Shown here: positions 1 to 8,119 of the stretch, piece by piece
Layout of the letters: every line of letters begins with the position of its first letter
Position numbering within the stretch: the stretch's first letter is position 1
Assembly: GCA_001793945.1 (NCBI GenBank)
Contig: MGIW01000003.1
Location: 65,630-129,629 of the forward strand
Direction of reading: 5' to 3'
DNA length: 64,000 bases
Source: Candidatus Wolfebacteria bacterium RIFOXYD12_FULL_48_21
Lineage (GTDB): Bacteria; Patescibacteriota; Minisyncoccia; UBA6257; UBA9933
Program-made: the position numbers and the translations under genes
Notes under the pieces: generated by a model
The model's input: only the letters and a program-made list of their open reading frames with translations
The model's database searches: none
What the model was told of the DNA's origin: nothing

Positions 1-842
1 AAAGCGAGAAACTATCCATTCGGCTCGCCGACCTGCAGGCCGAATGGGTCCGCAACGAACACGACCCAGCACAATTCGACACGCTCGCGGCGGCCGAAGG
101 TTTGGCCGATCACCAGCTTTCCGAACTGGAGCACCGCATATTCCGCTTGCGCGCGGAACTGCTTTCCATTGGCGAAGTGGATGAAACACTCATAGCCGAA
201 GCGGACGAAGTCGAGGTGCACCACGCGCATCTCGTTTCGCAATCAGCCGACCTTGAAAAGGCCTCCACCGACCTTGCGCAACTGGTCGAAGAACTGAAGC
301 GCGATGTGGCCGGAAAGTTCAACGGCGCATTCAAAGACATCAACGACCAGTTCAACCATTTCTTCCGATTGATGTTCGGTGGCGGGAGCGCGAAGATGAA
401 GATCAAGACGCGTAGTATCGAACACATTGTCGAAGACCTGAGCGGAGAGGTTTCCGAATTGGAAGACCAACCGCAAGCCGAGGAGCCAGTGCAATCGGGC
501 ATTGAGATAGAATTGAGCCTGCCGAAAAAACGCATCACCAGTCTCGATGTACTTTCCGGTGGTGAAAAAAGCTTGGTTTCCATTGCCGCGTTATTCGCAC
601 TCATTTCCGTGAGCCCTCCCCCGTTCCTTGTACTCGATGAAATAGACGCGCCGCTCGACGAACGCAACTCGGAACGCTTTGCGCATCTCATCAAAGAATT
701 TGCGCATAAGGTGCAGTTCATCGTGGTGACCCACAACCGCACCGTCATGGAAGTCGCCGATGTGCTCTACGGCGTGACTATGAACGAAGACGGCACATCA
801 AAACTGCTTTCCGTGAAATTTGACTCGCCGATTACCGTGTAA
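1..842 (+). CDS. smc: Chromosome segregation protein SMC, C-terminal coiled-coil and ATPase head (partial; gene starts upstream of window)
   Basis: Reading frame is open from position 3. ABC signature LSGGEKSLVSIAALFAL and Walker B LVLDEIDAPLD are present. A hairpin terminator follows at 846-878. Confidence 0.8.
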   Translation, partial: SEKLSIRLADLQAEWVRNEHDPAQFDTLAAAEGLADHQLSELEHRIFRLRAELLSIGEVDETLIAEADEVEVHHAHLVSQSADLEKASTDLAQLVEELKRDVAGKFNGAFKDINDQFNHFFRLMFGGGSAKMKIKTRSIEHIVEDLSGEVSELEDQPQAEEPVQSGIEIELSLPKKRITSLDVLSGGEKSLVSIAALFALISVSPPPFLVLDEIDAPLDERNSERFAHLIKEFAHKVQFIVVTHNRTVMEVADVLYGVTMNEDGTSKLLSVKFDSPITV

Positions 843-845
843 TCA

Positions 846-878
846 TATAAAAAGACGCATTGCGAAATGCGTCTTTTT
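846..878 (+). terminator. Intrinsic terminator after smc
   Basis: AAAAGACGCATTGCGAAATGCGTCTTTTTTG. Confidence 0.7.
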
Positions 879-1194
879 TGCCGGACAAAAATATTATATC
901 GTAAGTATCATACTGTTTGCTGTCCAAATGTACGACCGTACATTTGGACAGCACAAAAGCCCTCGTCATAACCATGGGACTTTTTGTTGTTATCTTTTGC
1001 GACCGCAAAAGATAACAACAAAAAACTGCCTGCACCCCAAAAGGGTGCAGGCAGTGAGTCAGACAACGAGGGTCACATCAACACTCCGAAACTGCCGGGG
1101 GGTTTGGCTTGATCCACCCCGCTCTCTCGGCTAATTTCGTCAGCAGGCGGACGAGGGGAATAGCAATCCGACAACACTACAGATTCCTCGGCAA

Positions 1195-1285
1195 GCTCGG
1201 AATGACAATATAGGCGATGAGTGTCATCCCGAGTGCAACGCAGCGGAGCGGAGTGAAATCGAGGGATCTGTAGTAAAAACCTATC
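1195..1285. repeat. MITE-like palindromic intergenic repeat (TGTCATYCC...GGRATGACA family)
   Basis: CTCGGAATGACAA ... TGTCATCCCGAGTGCAACGCAGCGGAGCGGAGTGAAATCGAGGGATCTG. Confidence 0.6.
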
Positions 1286-1392
1286 TCTAAAGCTACAGGG
1301 CAAAGCCTATCCGTAGATAATGGGCATTCCTCTGTCCACTAATGCTGTGGGGGCTTGCATTTTTCTAAGTTATTCAGTATTCTACTACAACT

Positions 1393-1848
1393 ATGTTAGC
1401 AATAAAGTTAAATCGAATCGGGAAGAAGCATCAGCCGACCTTCCGTATCGTGGTCGCGGAAAAGCGATCAAAAATGGGCGGAAAGTATGTTGAAGACCTC
1501 GGTTTTTGGAACCCGCGTGAAAAAACGAGCTCCATTAACAAGGATCGCGCAACTTACTGGATCGGCGTTGGCGCACAGCCGACCGATACGGTCCACAACA
1601 TTCTTGTAAAGGGCCAGATCATCAAGGGAAAGAAGCGCTCTTCGCATGACATTAAGGCGCACCAGGAAGCATTAGATGCTCCGCGTAAAGCTGCGGAAGC
1701 AAAGGAGAAAGCCGATGCGGAAGCCGCTGAAGCTGCAAAGGCCGCTAAGGCAGCCGAAGAGGCAGCCGCAAAGGAAGCAGCTGAGGCGGCGAAAGCTGCC
1801 GAAGCAACCGTTGAAGAGGCAGCTCCGGAAACTCCGGCAGCGGAATAA
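1393..1848 (+). CDS. rpsP: 30S ribosomal protein S16 with an Ala/Lys/Glu-rich low-complexity C-terminal extension
   Basis: N-terminus MLAIKLNRIGKKHQPTFRIVVAEKRSKMGGKYVEDLGFWNP matches the S16 family. C-terminal ~60 aa are AKAAE repeats. Terminator at 1866-1902. Confidence 0.9.
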   Translation: MLAIKLNRIGKKHQPTFRIVVAEKRSKMGGKYVEDLGFWNPREKTSSINKDRATYWIGVGAQPTDTVHNILVKGQIIKGKKRSSHDIKAHQEALDAPRKAAEAKEKADAEAAEAAKAAKAAEEAAAKEAAEAAKAAEATVEEAAPETPAAE

Positions 1849-1865
1849 CGGTTTAAACAGATGTA

Positions 1866-1902
1866 CTAAAAAAGGCGCATTATACTATGCGTCTTTTTTG
1901 TT
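1866..1902 (+). terminator. Intrinsic terminator after rpsP
   Basis: AAAAAAGGCGCATTATACTATGCGTCTTTTTTG. Confidence 0.7.
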
Positions 1903-1914
1903 GCACCCTGTTGC

Positions 1915-1955
1915 CTGCCAATAAAAAAGCCCGCCAAACGGCGGGCTTTACACAA
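1915..1955. terminator. Bidirectional hairpin terminator
   Basis: AAAAAAGCCCGCCAAACGGCGGGCTTTAC. Confidence 0.6.
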
Positions 1956-1970
1956 ACCATACAGACTACC

Positions 1971-2795
1971 CTACTCGGCGGACGGGATTGGGTCTTTTGA
2001 TCTGTAAAAAACAAATCGCTTCACCGCTTTCGCCAGCATGTAGCTGACCAACATCGTCAGCACTATGAACATCACATATTCCATCGATTGATTCGCATTA
2101 CGAAAGAATGACGCAGGGATGGCAGCGATAACCGTAGGGACAATCATCATGGACAGTGGTAGGTGCACGATGGCTTCGACAATGAACATACCGACCACCG
2201 CACCCACTATCACAAGCAATAAACCTACACGAAACCCTCCGGACCAAACGAACTCGGACATGTTAATCGCAAAGGCGACGCCCAACAGCGTAAACAGGAA
2301 ACTGCCTCGCAATCTCCCGTCGTCGATGCAGTACTTTTTCCTTTGCGCATTTATGCTCACGCTTGCCACCGTGACAACGACGATTGCCATGGCAAGCGTC
2401 ATGAGCCATGAAGATTCTTTTTCGGGTTCGCTTGCGTGGGTGTTCGGATTCCCCCACTGGCCGTTTTTGAAGCTGACCACGGTTTTAGCGGTCAGCTTCT
2501 CATGTACCATAGGCACTCCAAAGCGCCACCGGGATTTCTTTCCCTCTTTTACCACATATTCCCCTTCGCCCATGTCCACAATGGTGCGGATCTTGGGAAA
2601 ATCGTGAGCAGGCACTTCTACCGACGGCATGGCATACTGCTCTTTCTTGAGCACTGTCTTTTCGATCGTTCTTACCGTCAACATGCCGTTGTCAACGGCC
2701 GTTTCTTCCACTACCTCTCCTCGGACAACGCCGACATAGCACGATACGGCGAACAGCACCGCAAACAGCACTCCGATGACAACTTTTATTTTCAT
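1971..2795 (-). CDS. Hypothetical multi-pass membrane protein with signal peptide
   Basis: N-terminal signal and TM helix plus several C-terminal TM helices. No recognisable catalytic motif. Confidence 0.45.
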   Translation of the reverse strand: MKIKVVIGVLFAVLFAVSCYVGVVRGEVVEETAVDNGMLTVRTIEKTVLKKEQYAMPSVEVPAHDFPKIRTIVDMGEGEYVVKEGKKSRWRFGVPMVHEKLTAKTVVSFKNGQWGNPNTHASEPEKESSWLMTLAMAIVVVTVASVSINAQRKKYCIDDGRLRGSFLFTLLGVAFAINMSEFVWSGGFRVGLLLVIVGAVVGMFIVEAIVHLPLSMMIVPTVIAAIPASFFRNANQSMEYVMFIVLTMLVSYMLAKAVKRFVFYRSKDPIPSAE

Positions 2796-3082
2796 CCCCT
2801 TTCCTCCCCCCTGTCTGTATTGATATCACTATCGATTAAACGTTCTGTTTAATAGATAACCTTTATTCTCTATCTTGTCAAATTTTTACTGTGCATGCTA
2901 CACGATCCATATTCTTTACTCACGGCATGCAGTTAATAGGGCAATGCACTCTTGATCGCATTCCCTCTGTGAACTAATAACCGTGAACTGTGAACTACTT
3001 GCCATGGACTCTTTTGTTGTAATCCCATGCGATAATCCGTATACTTATACATATCAATAATTCAAAGGTCGCATAGCACATA

Positions 3083-3394
3083 GTGCAAGAACAGCAATCA
3101 GACATGACAGAAGAAAAAGACCAGGCATTCCTCGAGTTTCTCGTCAAATCGATCGTCGATCATCCCGAGGATGTCACGGTGGAACGAAAAGTCGACGAAA
3201 TGGGAGTCCTTCTTAGCTTGAAGGTGAACCCGCTCGATATGGGCCAGATCGTCGGCCGCCAAGGCGCGACCGCAAAGGCGATGCGGTCCCTACTCCGCAT
3301 CGTAGGCGTTAAGAACCATGCACGGGTGAACCTTAAGATCGTCGAACCCGACGGATCGACGAGAATGCCCAAAGAAGAGTCGCACGATATGTGA
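3083..3394 (+). CDS. KH-domain RNA-binding protein (UPF0109/YlqC-like)
   Basis: GXXG-type KH motif IVGRQGATAKAMRSLLRIVG. Size and location near rpsP are typical of the rpsP-ylqC neighbourhood. Confidence 0.75.
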   Translation: MQEQQSDMTEEKDQAFLEFLVKSIVDHPEDVTVERKVDEMGVLLSLKVNPLDMGQIVGRQGATAKAMRSLLRIVGVKNHARVNLKIVEPDGSTRMPKEESHDM

Positions 3395-3398
3395 CCAA

Positions 3399-3440
3399 AA
3401 CAAAAAGCCACTCCGCCGACCGGCGGAGTGGCTTTTTGTT
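3399..3440 (+). terminator. Intrinsic terminator after KH-domain gene
   Basis: AAAAAGCCACTCCGCCGACCGGCGGAGTGGCTTTTTGTTTT. Confidence 0.75.
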
Positions 3441-3490
3441 TTCCTTTCTCGCAAAGATCGGCGAAATTCTATATACTTTCATTATATTTC

Positions 3491-3558
3491 TGTCATTCCC
3501 GCGTAGGCGGGAATCCACTACAAAATGAAATGGATCCCCGCCTCCGCGGAGATGACAA
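3491..3558. repeat. MITE-like palindromic repeat, near-perfect copy
   Basis: TGTCATTCCCGCGTAGGCGGGAATCCA...TGGATCCCCGCCTCCGCGGAGATGACAA. Confidence 0.7.
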
Positions 3559-5249
3559 TGCAACTTATGGACGAAACACTTACCCAAAAACTTGAACGAA
3601 TAAAAAAGGAAGCGCAGGAGCGCGAAGCGCAACGCCGCGCCACCGCACTCGGAAAACAGCGGATATCCCTTTCGAAAACGCCCATCAGCATTGATGCGCT
3701 TTCTCTTATTTCTGAAGATATCGCCCGAGCCGCCGGCATTGCGGCCATTGAGCGCAAAGCGAGCAATGTTGCCATCGTCGCGCTCGACCCGAGCCGACCA
3801 CAAACAAAAAAAGTCGTCGATGATCTTACCGCGAAAGGCTACACGGTCGTCGAATATGTAGTAACCGCAGGCGATATGGAATATGCCCTCGGACACTACC
3901 GTTATGTATCAAAAGAAACCGAGAAGATCACCGGCAATGTAAAGATCGGGCAACGCATCAGCGAGCTTTCCGCATCGCTTACCTCCATCGCCGGAGCAAA
4001 AGAAGTTCTTTCGCATGAAGAGCTTGCGCCACACAAAGCCGGAGATATCCTCGAGATCATAGCCCATGCCGCCATGGGCACGCGCGCATCGGATATCCAC
4101 ATAGAGCCTTCCGAACATGATGGAAAGCTTCGCTTCCGCATCGACGGCAACTTGCACGATATTTTTGTATTTCCCAAAGAGTTTTACCCGTACTTACTTA
4201 CCCGCATCAAATTGCTTTCCAATTTAAAGTTGAATGTAACTAAAGAAGCGCAAGATGGCCGCTTTACCATTCGCTTTCCGCAAAAGGATGTGGAAGTTCG
4301 CGTCGCCATCGCTCCCGCGCAGTTTGGCGAAGTAGCGGTCATGCGCTTGCTTGACCCGGATGCTATTAAAATCACCTTGCCGCAACTTGGCCTGCGCGAA
4401 GACGATCTCGCGATCATCAATGTCGAGCTCAACCGCCCTAACGGCATGATCCTTAACACCGGTCCTACCGGTAGCGGTAAAACGACCACGCTTTATACTT
4501 TTCTTGGAGCAAAAGCCAGCCCGGAAGAAAAGGTGATTACCATTGAAGACCCAATCGAATACCGGCTGGAGGGCATCGAGCAGACTCAGATCAATGCAGC
4601 AACCGGATACACCTTTGCAAACGGACTGCGATCCATTATGCGTCAAGACCCGGACACCATTTTGGTCGGTGAAATCCGAGACCAGGAAACCGCCGAGATC
4701 GCCATTCAGGCGGCACTCACCGGACATCTTGTCTTCTCTACCCTGCACACGAACTCCGCAGCCGGCGCCATTCCCCGCTTGCTCGACCTCGATGTAAAAC
4801 CGCAATCCATCGGACCGGCGCTCACACTTGTCATAGCGCAACGCCTCGTACGCCGCTTGTGCACGGAATGTAAAACTCCCGTACAACTCGACGCCGATCT
4901 TGCAAAAAAACTCACGGCACTTGTCGATTCACTTCCGGCGCGCGTCAACAAAGCAGCCTATAAAGATACGGCTCTCTTCGCTCCGGTCGGTTGCGATGCG
5001 TGCAACAATACCGGTTATAAAGGCCGTGTAGCCATCTATGAACTGTTCACAAAACAGCCGGGGCTTGAAGACCTGATAGCCAGCGTTGCCGGCGAAGAGA
5101 CCTTTCTGAAGTTCGCACGCGAACGAGGCATGACGACCATGCAGGAAGACGGCATCCTTAAGGTTGCCACTGGCATAACCACCTTCGCCGAGGTCGAAGG
5201 AGTTACGGGGCCGATAGTGTGGCCGATGAATGTGAGTAACGAAAAATGA
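3525..5249 (+). CDS. pilB: Type IV pilus assembly / type II secretion ATPase, GspE/PilB family
   Basis: Walker A GPTGSGKTTTLY, Asp/His boxes and a C-terminal tetracysteine (CTECK...CDACNNTG) typical of PilB/GspE. Confidence 0.85.
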   Translation: MKWIPASAEMTMQLMDETLTQKLERIKKEAQEREAQRRATALGKQRISLSKTPISIDALSLISEDIARAAGIAAIERKASNVAIVALDPSRPQTKKVVDDLTAKGYTVVEYVVTAGDMEYALGHYRYVSKETEKITGNVKIGQRISELSASLTSIAGAKEVLSHEELAPHKAGDILEIIAHAAMGTRASDIHIEPSEHDGKLRFRIDGNLHDIFVFPKEFYPYLLTRIKLLSNLKLNVTKEAQDGRFTIRFPQKDVEVRVAIAPAQFGEVAVMRLLDPDAIKITLPQLGLREDDLAIINVELNRPNGMILNTGPTGSGKTTTLYTFLGAKASPEEKVITIEDPIEYRLEGIEQTQINAATGYTFANGLRSIMRQDPDTILVGEIRDQETAEIAIQAALTGHLVFSTLHTNSAAGAIPRLLDLDVKPQSIGPALTLVIAQRLVRRLCTECKTPVQLDADLAKKLTALVDSLPARVNKAAYKDTALFAPVGCDACNNTGYKGRVAIYELFTKQPGLEDLIASVAGEETFLKFARERGMTTMQEDGILKVATGITTFAEVEGVTGPIVWPMNVSNEK

Positions 5250-5269
5250 GATATGAGATAAGAGTGCAT

Positions 5270-5336
5270 ACAAAAACCCCCGCTTGCCTGCCCGCATTGC
5301 TATGTAAAGCGTTGCAGGCTTGCGCGGGGGTTTTGT
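5270..5336. repeat. 63-bp GC-rich palindromic repeat (AAAACCCCCGCTTGCCTGCCCGCATTGCTATGTAAAGCGTTGCAGGC..GCGCGGGGGTTTT), copy 1, flanking the HepT/MNT cassette
   Basis: Near-identical to 5989-6058, with 46 nt identical plus matching termini. Hairpin flanked by A-run and T-run, so it is terminator-like on both strands. Confidence 0.7.
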
Positions 5337-5671
5337 TACTGCCTCAGCAATTCTTCCAATTTATTCTTAAATCTGGGCAATTCGTTTTTAATGACATTCC
5401 ATACCAATTGTAGATCAATCGTAAAGTATTCGTGTACGATCACATCGCGCATGCCCGATGCCTTGCGCCATTCTATCTCCGCGTGCTGCTCACGATACTC
5501 ATACGGCAGATTCTTTACCGCTTCGCCGATCACCTGCAAGCGACGGATTGCCGCATCTTGCATCGGCACATCGTCATAGAAATCATTCTCAGTCGCATCT
5601 CCGATATTCTCCTCGATATATTCAATACTCTCGATGATATGTTCCAAAAATATACGCGGATCCTTTTTCAT
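5336..5671 (-). CDS. HepT-like (DUF86) toxin of a HepT/MNT toxin-antitoxin pair
   Basis: ~110-aa helical protein downstream of, and overlapping by 4 bp with, an MNT nucleotidyltransferase gene. This is the classic HepT/MNT arrangement. Confidence 0.65.
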   Translation of the reverse strand: MKKDPRIFLEHIIESIEYIEENIGDATENDFYDDVPMQDAAIRRLQVIGEAVKNLPYEYREQHAEIEWRKASGMRDVIVHEYFTIDLQLVWNVIKNELPRFKNKLEELLRQ

Positions 5672-5970
5672 AGAATAGGTACTTGTTCCCGCAACACGGT
5701 ATCCCGTATTAAAGGTGAAATGGAACGATAGGTAACGATATCCACATCGCTTCCCAACGCGCTCTCTAATTTCTGCTTCAGATCGACCAGATCGAACAAG
5801 CTCTTATCTTCCGGAAACTCGACGAGTATATCAACATCACTTTTCTCGTTCGCTTCGCCGCGAACGACCGATCCAAACAAAGCAGACCGCTTCACATGAG
5901 CGTCTTTCAATATCGGCACTATGGTCTTTTTTATATCTTCAATCGAAGCGTTCATACACTTATAGTACAC
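5668..5970 (-). CDS. MNT-type minimal nucleotidyltransferase (antitoxin of HepT/MNT pair)
   Basis: Motif GSVVRGEANEKSDVDILVEF is the nucleotidyltransferase GS-X9-DxD signature. 100 aa. Confidence 0.75.
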   Translation of the reverse strand: MYYKCMNASIEDIKKTIVPILKDAHVKRSALFGSVVRGEANEKSDVDILVEFPEDKSLFDLVDLKQKLESALGSDVDIVTYRSISPLIRDTVLREQVPIL

Positions 5971-5988
5971 TACTCAACACGCAGAATA

Positions 5989-6058
5989 CAACAAAACCCC
6001 CGCTTGCCTGCCCGCATTGCTATGTAAAGCGTTGCAGGCGGGCGCGGGGGTTTTGATT
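5989..6058. repeat. 63-bp GC-rich palindromic repeat, copy 2, flanking the HepT/MNT cassette
   Basis: Direct repeat of 5270-5336. A third, MITE-terminated variant of the same core lies at 6395-6445. Confidence 0.7.
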
Positions 6059-6062
6059 TCTA

Positions 6063-6228
6063 TCACCGGAGAAACACTCCTTGGTTCTGTGGGTGTAAAA
6101 ATTTTAGAAATCTTACACCAGTAAGAAATTTAGAATTTCTCCGAGGAGTGCCCCAGCCTGAACCAGAACATCCTGAGCCTAAAAGAAATTCCTTAAGAAC
6201 CCACAGAACCAAATAGTCTTTCCCTCAC
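6063..6228. repeat. Inverted-repeat element (~165 bp) of a distinct family
   Basis: Terminal inverted repeats GGAGAAACACTCCTTGGTTCTGTGGGTG ... CACCCACAGAACCAA / GAGGAGTG. Confidence 0.4.
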
Positions 6229-6394
6229 TGTTATAAATATATTATAACAAGTAATTTTTATTTGTCAAGAGCCTACACCACCTCCTGTGCCATTTGTCAA
6301 AGGCAAGCCTTATCACTATACAGGGTGCAAAATATTTGTCAAGTCCGAGTCTGTTATTACTACTAAGCCAGAAATCTATGACGCAATAGATTCC

Positions 6395-6492
6395 TGCTTC
6401 CCTGCCCGCAGTTGCTACAGCGTTGCAGACGGGCGCAGGAATGACAAAGAAAGGAGTGGGGACAACAAAAAGAGGCGGGAATGACAAAAGGG
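6395..6492. repeat. MITE-like repeat cluster
   Basis: GCAGGAATGACAAAG...GGCGGGAATGACAAAAGG. Carries the same inner core as the 63-bp repeats. Confidence 0.55.
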
Positions 6493-6545
6493 TGGGTTTT
6501 CCTCTATACTATAGAAGTATCCACGATCTCTAACTATTACACTCT

Positions 6546-7907
6546 ATGGAAATTACTTTTTTTGGTGCCTCTGAAGAGGTTACCGGCTCGAACTATCTAC
6601 TCGAAACACCCAATACAAAGATCCTTATCGATTGCGGATTGCTTCAGGGCGGCCGCTTCGTCAATCCCGAAAACTACGAACCGTTTCCGTTTGATGTAAA
6701 GGGTATCGATGCCACATTCATTACGCACGCGCACATCGATCACACCGGCAAGATACCCAAACTATACAAGGACGGCTTCCGTGGCAGGATTTATTCAACT
6801 TCGCCGACCAAAGATTTTGCCGAACAGCTACTCGTCGACTCCGAGCACCTGCTTTACCGCGACGCCATGGAGCAGGGAAAACCGCCTATTTACGACCTGA
6901 ATGATATAACAGGAGCCCTAAAGCTTTGGCAAGGCGTCAGCTATCACGAAAAGATCCATGTAAAGGATTTTGAGATCGAATTTTTTGATGCGGGCCACAT
7001 TCTCGGCTCTGCCGTCATCGTGGTTACCGAAAAAGAAACCGGGAAGCGCATTGCGTTTTCGGGTGATCTTGGCAACCAACCAGCCCCGCTCGTAAAGGAC
7101 ACCGAGGAACTCAGTGATATTGATTATCTTCTTGTTGAATCAACCTACGGCGACCGCATTCACGATAACCCGGGCACTCGCAGGGATCGATTAGAAGATG
7201 TCATCGAAGATGCCATGCGGCTTAACGGCGTGCTGCTCATTCCGGCGTTTGCCATGGAGCGCACACAGGAATTGCTTTATGAAATGGACGAATTGGTGGA
7301 AAACGGCCGCGTACCGGGAGCTCCAGTCTATGTAGACAGTCCCCTTGCCATCAAGCTTACTGCGATCTACAAAAAGTACTCCCAAGACCCGATGTACTTC
7401 GACGATGAGGCCATCGAACGCGCAAAGACGGGTATGGAACTTTTTGATTTCCCTCGTCTGCGCTTTACGCTGACCACCGAACAATCCAAATCAATCAACG
7501 ATGCGCCAATGCCGAAGATCATCATCGCCGGCTCGGGCATGTCCAACGGCGGACGCATTTTGCATCACGAACTGCGTTACCTATCCAATCCGAACACGAC
7601 CATTCTGTTTATCGGCTATCAGGCAAGAGGAACGCTTGGCCGCGCCATTCTTGATGGCGCTCCGGTCGTGCGCATCCTTGGCGAAGAAGTGCCGGTGCGC
7701 TGTAAAATGGCGACCATTTCCGGCTACTCGGCCCATGCCGACCAACCACTCCTACTTAAGTGGATCCACCCGATGCGGCAATCCCTTAAAAAGGTCTTTA
7801 TCGTGCACGGCGACATAGACCAAATGACCCCGTTCGCGCAAAAGATCCGCGATGAGTTTGCTCTTGATGCGGTTATTCCGGTTAAGGGCATGAAGGTGAC
7901 ATTGTAA
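6546..7907 (+). CDS. MBL-fold beta-CASP ribonuclease (RNase J / CPSF-like)
   Basis: HAHIDHTG metallo-beta-lactamase motif near the N-terminus, downstream beta-CASP histidines and a C-terminal RNA-specificity-like domain. 453 aa. Confidence 0.75.
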   Translation: MEITFFGASEEVTGSNYLLETPNTKILIDCGLLQGGRFVNPENYEPFPFDVKGIDATFITHAHIDHTGKIPKLYKDGFRGRIYSTSPTKDFAEQLLVDSEHLLYRDAMEQGKPPIYDLNDITGALKLWQGVSYHEKIHVKDFEIEFFDAGHILGSAVIVVTEKETGKRIAFSGDLGNQPAPLVKDTEELSDIDYLLVESTYGDRIHDNPGTRRDRLEDVIEDAMRLNGVLLIPAFAMERTQELLYEMDELVENGRVPGAPVYVDSPLAIKLTAIYKKYSQDPMYFDDEAIERAKTGMELFDFPRLRFTLTTEQSKSINDAPMPKIIIAGSGMSNGGRILHHELRYLSNPNTTILFIGYQARGTLGRAILDGAPVVRILGEEVPVRCKMATISGYSAHADQPLLLKWIHPMRQSLKKVFIVHGDIDQMTPFAQKIRDEFALDAVIPVKGMKVTL

Positions 7908-7979
7908 TGCAGTTTACAGTCAACAGTTCATGGTCCACGGATTAAAATTCAGCTCACTAGTAAATGCGCGTTTATGTAT

Positions 7980-8100
7980 TGTCATCCCGTGCTTTAGCCT
8001 GTCCGTCCACTGACGGAACACGGGATCCAGCTCCTCTATAAAAACCGCTTGCGCGGTTTTTATATTTATTCTCTGGATTCCGGCTTTCGCCGGAATGACA
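7980..8100. repeat. MITE-like repeat cluster (two units)
   Basis: TGTCATCCCGTGCTTTAGCC...CACGGGATCCAG and GGATTCCGGCTTTCGCCGGAATGACAA. Confidence 0.6.
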
Positions 8101-8119
8101 AACACGCTATACTATATAT

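Noticed and set aside
110-748. Long antisense ORFs overlapping well-supported genes (e.g. 110-748, 4224-4886, 8641-9480, 19484-20407, 29120-29710, 30160-30828, 45039-46055, 22599-23192, 40407-40832)
   Set aside because: These are shadow ORFs on the opposite strand of genes with clear homology (smc, pilB, transketolase, the DUF11-like protein, pnp, aspS, uppP). They lack an RBS and are typical of GC-rich coding DNA.
880-1140. tmRNA or SRP RNA in the smc-rpsP intergenic region
   Set aside because: No tRNA-like acceptor/T-arm with CCA and no SRP domain IV GGAA/AGCAGC motifs could be found. I kept it only as a generic structured region.
1073-1303. Short ORFs lying inside MITE clusters (e.g. 1073-1303, 13607-13867, 16739-16948, 22049-22327, 28539-28894, 34488-34880, 39105-39350)
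   Set aside because: Their sequence is entirely repeat-derived (e.g. IPRFHSAPLRCTRDDT recurs in several of them from the same MITE read in-frame). There are no start or RBS signals.
6287-6484. 65-aa ORF upstream of the RNase J-like gene as a real gene
   Set aside because: It overlaps repeat sequence, has no RBS, and has atypical composition. The region more likely holds regulatory direct repeats.
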